The translations under genes were made by a program, and so were the position numbers. From a bacterium (GTDB lineage Bacteria; Actinomycetota; Acidimicrobiia; Spongiisociales; UBA5794), in the NCBI GenBank assembly GCA_024226255.1, contig JAAELU010000422.1, forward strand, positions 2,353-66,352: a DNA stretch of 64,000 nt, in the 5' to 3' direction. Within the stretch, counting starts at the first letter, position 1; every line of letters begins with the position of its first letter. This document shows, piece after piece, positions 57,742 to 64,000 of the stretch. The notes under the pieces are model-generated. The model made no database searches and had not been told where the DNA came from. It was given only the letters and a program-made list of their open reading frames with translations.

Positions 57742-58228
57742 TAGACCCCGCGGGGTCATGACCTGGCATCGTTCGATATGGATCCTGCTCGGTGCCTTCT
57801 TGGGATTCGGAGCGACGACGGCGCTGGTCGCGATCGTCATCGGACCCGGCGATGACATCGACACCACAACCGGCTGGATAGTCCTCGGCCTTGTCGGGCT
57901 GGCTCAAGTGGTAACTCTCACCGTGTTGCGACCTCGATGGTTCACCAGACCCCCCAGCCACATAGCCGGAGCGGTTCTGACCGGCGTCTTTTTGCGCATC
58001 GCGATCGGCGAACTGACGTTCGTTGCCGGCTTCATGTTGTTCTTCTGGGACCTGGCGAACGTGGCCATGCTGCTGGCGGGTTTAGTCGTCTCGATCGTGC
58101 TCATTTGGCTCTTTGCGGCCCCGAGCGGTCCCAACATTCTCATGCTCCAGGACCAACTCGAGCGAATCGGTGGACAAGGCGATGTAGCCGCCGAGCTGGC
58201 AGCAGCCCGAGGCACGGCGCCTAGGTAG
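57734..58228 (+). CDS. membrane protein of unknown function
   Basis: Four predicted TM helices; overlaps the LLM stop by 8 nt. Confidence 0.5.
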   Translation: MSDRPRGVMTWHRSIWILLGAFLGFGATTALVAIVIGPGDDIDTTTGWIVLGLVGLAQVVTLTVLRPRWFTRPPSHIAGAVLTGVFLRIAIGELTFVAGFMLFFWDLANVAMLLAGLVVSIVLIWLFAAPSGPNILMLQDQLERIGGQGDVAAELAAARGTAPR

Positions 58229-59198
58229 CGTCCACGGCGCTGACCGCCCAAGAGAGTCCGTCCATCGGATCCTCCACGGCAAGGTGGAAGTGCCAGCCAC
58301 CGATCTGGTCCCCCGGGTCCCACAGATACCATCGCAACTCGGAGCCGGCCTCACCGAGCTCGTCGGCTTCGATCGGCCAGTCCTCATCGAGCCCGGTCAC
58401 GACTGCCAACACCCACCACGCCAGCGCGCGCCCTACCGGTGTTCCGCGGCGCCGGCCGTAGGCACCGCCGGACGCACCGGTCCACGCCATGATGGCCATC
58501 GCCTGCTGCAGGGAGATCTGCTCCATACGAACTCGACGCGGACCCAGCGCTCGAATGGCCTGGATCGGACTGCCGACGACAGAGACACCCTCGCCGCGAC
58601 CGTTGGAGCTTTCCAGCCACGGCTGCACCAAGTCCAGGAGAACTTCCACCGCCGGGTCCTGCTCTGGAGCGACGTCGATCTCGCTAGGCAGATCGACCCA
58701 GGCAGTAGCCGACAGCACCTCGAGTTCGGGAAAATCGGCGCGATCCGACTTGTACACCGCCACCGGATACACGGGTTCCCAAGGGGCCAAGGCCAATGGA
58801 GCATCGACTGCGGTTCGCCCGACTGCCACATCGCACATATCGTCACCCCGCAATAGACGTTCGTGCGCGACGAGGGCTCTCAGGGCTGGGTCTTCGATCG
58901 CACTGAGCTCGGGCCATGTGTGAGTCGACGCCGCCACTTCCCACAGTGGTCCCTGGGCGAAACGCCCGGCACCGGGTTTGATAACAGGAAGCGCGTATTC
59001 GGCCGAAGCGTCTAGAGCAAGCCGGTATTCGGCAAAATGGGCGGCCCCCCAAACCTGTTTTCCCCGTTCGGTCGCCTCGTTGCACAGGTCCCGCATGTCG
59101 ACCAGCCCCGCCCAATCACGATTGGCAACCAGTCCGTCGGCGAACTCAACCAACCCATTGAGGTCGCTGGCCTCGATCAGCTCCCGGAGGTCACCCAT
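58221..59198 (-). CDS. hypothetical protein
   Basis: ~326 aa from ATG 59196-59198 (MGDLRELIE); Trp-rich C-terminus (WYLWDPGDQIGGWHFH); no motif recognised. Confidence 0.45.
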   Translation of the reverse strand: MGDLRELIEASDLNGLVEFADGLVANRDWAGLVDMRDLCNEATERGKQVWGAAHFAEYRLALDASAEYALPVIKPGAGRFAQGPLWEVAASTHTWPELSAIEDPALRALVAHERLLRGDDMCDVAVGRTAVDAPLALAPWEPVYPVAVYKSDRADFPELEVLSATAWVDLPSEIDVAPEQDPAVEVLLDLVQPWLESSNGRGEGVSVVGSPIQAIRALGPRRVRMEQISLQQAMAIMAWTGASGGAYGRRRGTPVGRALAWWVLAVVTGLDEDWPIEADELGEAGSELRWYLWDPGDQIGGWHFHLAVEDPMDGLSWAVSAVDAT

Positions 59199-59206
59199 GT
59201 TGGCGC

Positions 59207-59479
59207 CTACAGCGCGGCAAGACGCGTTGCATAGAAACGAGTCCACGGGATTTCAGAATTGGTCTCGAGGTACTCACTCTCGAGTCGCACTAGCCAGTAG
59301 ACCAACTCCGAGCGGGTTCCCATGAAGGCCGAAACCTCGGGCAGGCGATCCACAAGGTAGGAGGCGTACCAAAGAGGCCATTCATCGTCCGCCCCGTCGG
59401 TTGCGATGTATGCCTCATGGTGAGCTGCGGCGGTCTCTTTGAGCAAGGCGACGATCGCCCCCGCGGCCCGCCGGGTCAT
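59207..59479 (-). CDS. small hypothetical protein (~90 aa)
   Basis: MTRRAAGAIVALLKETAAAHHEAYIATDGADDEWPLWYASYLV...; start overlaps the RTX-protein stop (ATGA-type coupling). Confidence 0.45.
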   Translation of the reverse strand: MTRRAAGAIVALLKETAAAHHEAYIATDGADDEWPLWYASYLVDRLPEVSAFMGTRSELVYWLVRLESEYLETNSEIPWTRFYATRLAAL

Positions 59480-60663
59480 TGGGCACCCTCTGGGAAGACC
59501 CACCCATTGGCGATACACCCACCAAGCGTCTTCGTCTGCTGCTGCATCACCCTCGCCAATTCGCCTGGCCCCGGGCAACTGACATGGCCGTTGCCCAAGA
59601 AGTGCCCCACCTCGTGGTTGATCACATATGTCCGATATACCTGGAGGCTCGCCGGCCACCAATCCGTTGCTGTGTTCCAGCGATTGATATTGATACCGAT
59701 GGTATCCCCGTTGCGACAGGAGAAATACCCGCCCGTCTTCAGCGGATGGCAGATCGCGTCGACCGTGGCCGGTGCCGCCAGAATGATGGTCAGGTCCGCG
59801 CTCTCGTCCGAAGCAACCCTCCGCCAGGTGACGTTCTCTGCCCCAATCCAGCTTCGCTCGTCCGACAAGATCCAGTCGACATCGGCTGCGAAGAGCGTTG
59901 GCGACTCATCGAGCAATGAGTCGACTTGGACTCGGAAGGTGCGCAGTGACCCCGACCCGTATTCGATGCCATCGACGGCTGCCACGCCACACGACCTAAA
60001 GGTATCGTCGGCGTCTTCGCCGAAGCAGACGTCGCGGCCATTCCCGCCGCGAGCGATGTCGATCCCGGCATCCGTATAGATAGCGTCACGACCGGACCGC
60101 CCTCGCAACAGATCGTCACCCACTCCGCCAAACACGGCATCGCTGCCGGTGCCGCCGTCGAGCACATCGGGACTCGCCCCGCCGCGAAGTTCATCTCGAC
60201 CAGAGCGACCGAACAGCCGATCGGAGCCTCGCCCACCGAGGAGCACATCATCTCCGCTGCCTCCGCACAGCGTGTCCTGTCCGCGTCGTCCATCGAGTAC
60301 ATCGGCGCCGCCACGTCCAACGATCAGGTCGGGACCGTCGGTGCCGACCAGGACCTCCCCGGCGCCGGTTCCGACAATGGTGGCGGCTTGTCCGGACCGT
60401 TCCGGCCACTCGCCCAGACATGCCACGGCCTTGAGACAGTCGACTTCGGTGGCGTCAACAATGTCGCCGTCCCATTCGAGCTGGGGTTCCTCCGTTATCG
60501 CCACATTCTCGCCATCAGCCCACCATGTGTAATCGACGGTGTCGCCGACGAGATCGCACCGAGGAAACCCCGTCACGGAGGTAGCTGCGCTTGGTGTGGC
60601 GGGTCCCGATAGGACGGCCGCAAGAAATAGAAATCCTCCCAGCGCGGAGGCCCGAAAGCGCAT
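59476..60663 (-). CDS. secreted Ca-binding RTX-repeat protein with C-terminal DUF3152-like HExxH metallopeptidase domain
   Basis: Signal peptide; about ten GGxGxD nonapeptide-type repeats (GRGGADVLDG, GGSGDDVLLG, GGTGSDAVFG...); C-terminal HEVGHFLGNGH. Confidence 0.75.
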   Translation of the reverse strand: MRFRASALGGFLFLAAVLSGPATPSAATSVTGFPRCDLVGDTVDYTWWADGENVAITEEPQLEWDGDIVDATEVDCLKAVACLGEWPERSGQAATIVGTGAGEVLVGTDGPDLIVGRGGADVLDGRRGQDTLCGGSGDDVLLGGRGSDRLFGRSGRDELRGGASPDVLDGGTGSDAVFGGVGDDLLRGRSGRDAIYTDAGIDIARGGNGRDVCFGEDADDTFRSCGVAAVDGIEYGSGSLRTFRVQVDSLLDESPTLFAADVDWILSDERSWIGAENVTWRRVASDESADLTIILAAPATVDAICHPLKTGGYFSCRNGDTIGININRWNTATDWWPASLQVYRTYVINHEVGHFLGNGHVSCPGPGELARVMQQQTKTLGGCIANGWVFPEGAQ

Positions 60664-60774
60664 GCGAGCACCCTACGCGCTGACCCCTCGATTCCTGTGT
60701 CTTTAGCGCGCGATCCTCCCTGGCCGCGACAGGCCTATCCTCCACCAGCTCCCCCGACCGCCGACTGGAGAACC

Positions 60775-61860
60775 ATGGGCATCACGTGTGGAATCGTCGG
60801 ACTGCCCAATGTGGGCAAGTCCACGCTGTTCAACGCGCTCACGGCCGCCGGGGCTCTTGCAGCCAACTACCCGTTCGCGACCGTTGAGCCCAATGTTGGA
60901 GTAGCCGCCGTACCCGATCCTCGTCTCGATCGAATCGCGGACATTGTCAACCCGAAGGCGATCATCGCCACCGCGATCGAATTCACCGACATCGCAGGCC
61001 TCGTAGCCGGAGCTTCCAGCGGTGAAGGGCTGGGCAATCAGTTCCTTGGCCACATTCGCGACGTTGACGCCATCGCCCACGTCGTGCGAGTCTTCGACGA
61101 TCCCAACGTGAGCCATGTCGGTGGCGAGGTCGACCCCGTTGCCGATATTGAGACGATCCACACCGAGCTGGCGCTCGCCGACCTCGCGACCGCGGAGAGG
61201 GCTCTCGACCGGCAAAGCCGCAGGGCCAAATCCGGTGACGCCGACGCGGCCGCTGCAGTGGCCGTCATCACCAAACTCCACACCGCATTGGCCGCAGGCG
61301 ACCCGGCCCGATCGGTCTTGCTCAACGATTCCGAGAAGCCCTATGCCCGCGAGCTACATCTGCTCACCGCCAAACCGCTGCTCTATGTCGCCAACGTTGA
61401 TGACGGCACCTCCCCCGAACAGATTGCTGCCGTTACCGACCACGCCGCTGCCGAAGGAGCCGCGGCGATTGTGATCCACGGCCAAACTGAGGCCGAGATT
61501 GCCGAACTACCGCCCGAGGACCGCGCTGAGTTTCTCGAGGAACTGGGACTCGACGAGCCCGGACTCAACAGAGTCATCAGAGCCGCGTATCAGATCCTCG
61601 GCCTCAACACGTTCTTCACGGCCGGCGAGAAGCAGGTTCGGGCGTGGACCTACCGCACGGGAGCGACGGCACCGCAGGCCGCCGGCCAGGTCCACACGGA
61701 CTTCGAGAAGGGGTTCATTCGGGCGGAGATCATCGGCTACGACGACTTTGTGTCACTCGGTGGCGAAGCCGCCGCCAAACAGGCGGGCAAGTGGCGACTC
61801 GAAGGCAAGGACTACATCGTCCAAGAGGGCGATGTCATCCGCTTCCGCTTCAACGTGTAG
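60775..61860 (+). CDS. ychF: redox-regulated ribosome-binding ATPase YchF
   Basis: GIVGLPNVGKSTLFNALT G1 motif, TGS C-terminal domain; ATG 60775. The upstream 26 codons of the listed ORF are rejected. Confidence 0.9.
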   Translation: MGITCGIVGLPNVGKSTLFNALTAAGALAANYPFATVEPNVGVAAVPDPRLDRIADIVNPKAIIATAIEFTDIAGLVAGASSGEGLGNQFLGHIRDVDAIAHVVRVFDDPNVSHVGGEVDPVADIETIHTELALADLATAERALDRQSRRAKSGDADAAAAVAVITKLHTALAAGDPARSVLLNDSEKPYARELHLLTAKPLLYVANVDDGTSPEQIAAVTDHAAAEGAAAIVIHGQTEAEIAELPPEDRAEFLEELGLDEPGLNRVIRAAYQILGLNTFFTAGEKQVRAWTYRTGATAPQAAGQVHTDFEKGFIRAEIIGYDDFVSLGGEAAAKQAGKWRLEGKDYIVQEGDVIRFRFNV

Positions 61861-61904
61861 CGTCGTGCCGAGATTCGATTCCGCGATCTGAGGGAAGGCG
61901 CGCG

Positions 61905-62696
61905 TTGTTCCTCCAAAGCCTCACCAAAAGGCCGCTGGCGGCTCTTGGCATCCTCCTCAGCCAGGTGTGGCACACCGGTCATCGGCCCGATCTGCCCAGC
62001 CTCACCAATCAGAACCCAAGCGCGGTGCTCGGCGATCCTTCCAATCCACCGTTGCGGGTTGTTCTGCTTGGCGACAGCTCGATAACGGCGCCAGGCGTTC
62101 ATCCCCTTGACAACTGCTGGGCGCGCCGCGTCGGCCATCACCTGGCCGAGCACCATCACGTCACGCTGATCAACCTGGCGTCTGGGGGAACCCGGGCCGC
62201 CGATCTACTGAAGTACCAGGTTCCTGTAGCAATCGCCCACTCGCCGGACATGGCACTCGTCAGTGTTGGCGCCAACGACGCTCTCCGCTCGGTCGCAGTC
62301 ACCGACTACGAACGCGATCTCACTGAGATCCTCACAAAGCTTGCCGAGCACATCGCCGCGGTCGGCATCACCGGCATTGGCGATCTCGGCCCACTGCCGC
62401 GGTTGCCGACGATCGGCCGAGCCTGGGCGCGAGTCCGCTCCCGCTCTTTCGACCGCTCGATCGCACGTGTTGCCCACAAGCTCGACATACCGCGCACCAG
62501 CACATGGGGACCGGTGTGGGAGGCCTTTGTGGACCCTGACAACAAGAACGGTATGTACGCCGCCGACCTGTTCCACGCCTCCGGTAAAGGACACGCCTTC
62601 TTCGCCACGGCATGGTTCGACGTGATCGATGACTTGCTGGTGAATCTCGAACCGCAAATCAACGCCCGACGAGCACATCTCGAATCATCGACGTGA
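61905..62696 (+). CDS. SGNH/GDSL-family hydrolase
   Basis: VVLLGDSSITAPG (GDSx block), ASGG, GANDAL blocks; probable TTG start 61905 with a GGGAAGG RBS. The upstream listed ORF region is Arg-rich and rejected. Confidence 0.65.
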   Translation: MFLQSLTKRPLAALGILLSQVWHTGHRPDLPSLTNQNPSAVLGDPSNPPLRVVLLGDSSITAPGVHPLDNCWARRVGHHLAEHHHVTLINLASGGTRAADLLKYQVPVAIAHSPDMALVSVGANDALRSVAVTDYERDLTEILTKLAEHIAAVGITGIGDLGPLPRLPTIGRAWARVRSRSFDRSIARVAHKLDIPRTSTWGPVWEAFVDPDNKNGMYAADLFHASGKGHAFFATAWFDVIDDLLVNLEPQINARRAHLESST

Positions 62697-63321
62697 CTGT
62701 TCCAACCACCGAGTGGTTGTAGCCCCCCGGAACGATGATGTCGGCGTACCGCTTCGCCGGCTCAACAAACTGGAGGTGCATCGGCCGTACCGTGTCGAGG
62801 TACTGCTCGGTCACCGATTGTACGGTCCGTTCGCGCTCCGTGATATCGCGCATCATCCTCCGAATGAACCGCAGGTCCGAGTCGGTGTCGATATAGATGC
62901 GCAGGTCCATCAGCTTCCGAAGCTCGGGTTCAGCGAGCACCAGAATGCCCTCGACGACGATGACGTCCTCGGCGGCCACGTGAACGGTGTCCCCGGTCCG
63001 GGTGTGGACCGAGAAGTCGTAGACGGGGACTTCTACGTCGCGGCCCGCACGGAGCTCCTGTAGATGATGGATGAGCAGTTCGGTTTCGAGGCTGTCGGGG
63101 TGGTCGTAGTTGATCTTCTGACGCTCTTCGAGGGCCAGGTGGGCCGAGTCCCGGTAGTAGGCGTCATGCTGAATCAGCGAGATGCGGTCAGCGCCGACGT
63201 TGGCAACGACTGCCTGGGCGATCGTCGTCTTACCCGACCCGGAGCCTCCAGCCACTCCGATGACCATGGGACGAGTTTCGCCGTCAGTCGGCCAGCCCTC
63301 TGTGGAAGAATCCCGCTTCAT
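62659..63321 (-). CDS. udk: uridine kinase
   Basis: P-loop GVAGGSGSGKTT, HDAYY, YDHPDS blocks; start could be ATG 63264. Confidence 0.85.
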   Translation of the reverse strand: MKRDSSTEGWPTDGETRPMVIGVAGGSGSGKTTIAQAVVANVGADRISLIQHDAYYRDSAHLALEERQKINYDHPDSLETELLIHHLQELRAGRDVEVPVYDFSVHTRTGDTVHVAAEDVIVVEGILVLAEPELRKLMDLRIYIDTDSDLRFIRRMMRDITERERTVQSVTEQYLDTVRPMHLQFVEPAKRYADIIVPGGYNHSVVGTVTSMIRDVLVGR

Positions 63322-63393
63322 ACCTTCAAGATAGTCCCTATGGCCTCCCCTGATGAAAGGTGTATACAGACCGCGCGCCGACCCGCCGGTCCT

Positions 63394-64000
63394 CTAAGCG
63401 TTCTGTAGCTTCAGATCGCCTGAGACGGTCTTCACCGAAACTGCGAGGCTTTGGCGCCTCACCGGACTGTCAGCGCCCTTTTCCAGGCGATTGACCAGCG
63501 AACCGGACAGAGTCTGCAGATCGAGGTCAATAGTGCGGCCGGCCGGAACTCCCAGCCTGATATCGCCCGATAGCGTTCGGACTCGGACCGAGTGTCCCTC
63601 GACGTTGTCGACTATTAGGGCACCGGACACCGTCTTGGCTTCCACGTTCCCGCGCACGGACGAAACCCTCGTGTCGCCGCTGGCGCTATGGAATTTGAGG
63701 TCAGTGCCCACCGAGTCGACGGTCATATCCCCCGATGCCGTTGTCACCGTGAGGTTGCCGCCAACACTTCGCAGCCGCAGATCGCCTGATGCAGTGCGAA
63801 CCTCGAGATCCTGGCTGATGGACTCGTTGACTCGCAGATCACCGCTGGCCGAGGCCACGATGAGTTCGCGCAGGGGGCTGGCGACGGTGATGTCGCCTGA
63901 TGCCACACGGACGTTGACGGACGCGTCGTGCGGCAGATGCACCTTGATGTCTGAACTGACATAACGTCGCTTGCCGCTTCGCTTGGCCGGCGGATGCACG
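63394..64000 (-). CDS. DUF4097-family repeat protein (putative adhesin-like beta-strand repeats); 5' end probably beyond the window
   Basis: Seven or more ~20-aa repeats centred on (T/S)ASGD(I/L/M)(T/R)V. Confidence 0.7.
   Translation of the reverse strand, partial: VHPPAKRSGKRRYVSSDIKVHLPHDASVNVRVASGDITVASPLRELIVASASGDLRVNESISQDLEVRTASGDLRLRSVGGNLTVTTASGDMTVDSVGTDLKFHSASGDTRVSSVRGNVEAKTVSGALIVDNVEGHSVRVRTLSGDIRLGVPAGRTIDLDLQTLSGSLVNRLEKGADSPVRRQSLAVSVKTVSGDLKLQNA

Noticed and set aside
1-64000. Search for tRNA, rRNA, CRISPR arrays and transposases
   Set aside because: No cloverleaf-compatible GTTCGANTC T-arm outside coding sequence, no regularly spaced direct repeats with unique spacers, no rRNA-like conserved stretches, and no DDE or IS-type ORFs.

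Overview
This is a high-GC (roughly two-thirds G+C by eye), densely coding, actinobacterial-style chromosomal segment with genes on both strands. I found no rRNA, tRNA, CRISPR array or intact transposase.

Most of the window is housekeeping. Clear calls include: RNase J, dapA and dapB, an M16 peptidase, the Lhr helicase, a LexA-box-controlled dnaE2, ychF, udk, serC, an aspartate aminotransferase, ino1, a threonine aldolase, a fused ABC exporter, and a two-component pair with USP and NUDIX genes. Putative mycothiol-related genes (a tandem-GNAT MshD-like protein and a mycothiol-dependent isomerase family protein) are also present.

The parts that look accessory or unusual are:
- a copper-delivery cluster (cytochrome c, SCO1, PCuAC, cupredoxin-like lipoprotein)
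- a CobT-like VWA protein followed by a CobS-like AAA+ ATPase with non-canonical Walker A and B motifs, with no cobN in the window
- a TetR-controlled operon (DUF1330, haloalkane dehalogenase, SRPBCC) with a palindromic operator
- a roughly 1.6 kb island with an AT-rich leader carrying three ACAATAAAG repeats in front of an orphan STAND/PF01637-like ATPase with a winged-helix tail
- a roughly 1.3 kb degraded region carrying an internally deleted tyrosine-integrase remnant next to a nested palindrome
- a type II dehydroquinase fused to an alpha/beta-hydrolase
- a secreted RTX-repeat/DUF3152 metallopeptidase-like protein in a three-gene overlapping operon

Two non-coding patterns stand out:
- a family of 7-nt-period tandem repeats (core NNNNCAG / CAGAAG) sitting immediately 3' of stop codons at four gene ends
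- a roughly 140-nt element present twice in the same orientation (3113-3252 and 6272-6411) at about 70% identity with no indels

I used the six-frame ORF track as a guide. Many long listed ORFs are Arg/Pro-rich antisense artefacts of real genes and were rejected. One real gene (DUF1330) and one window-edge gene (FtsK) are absent from the track.
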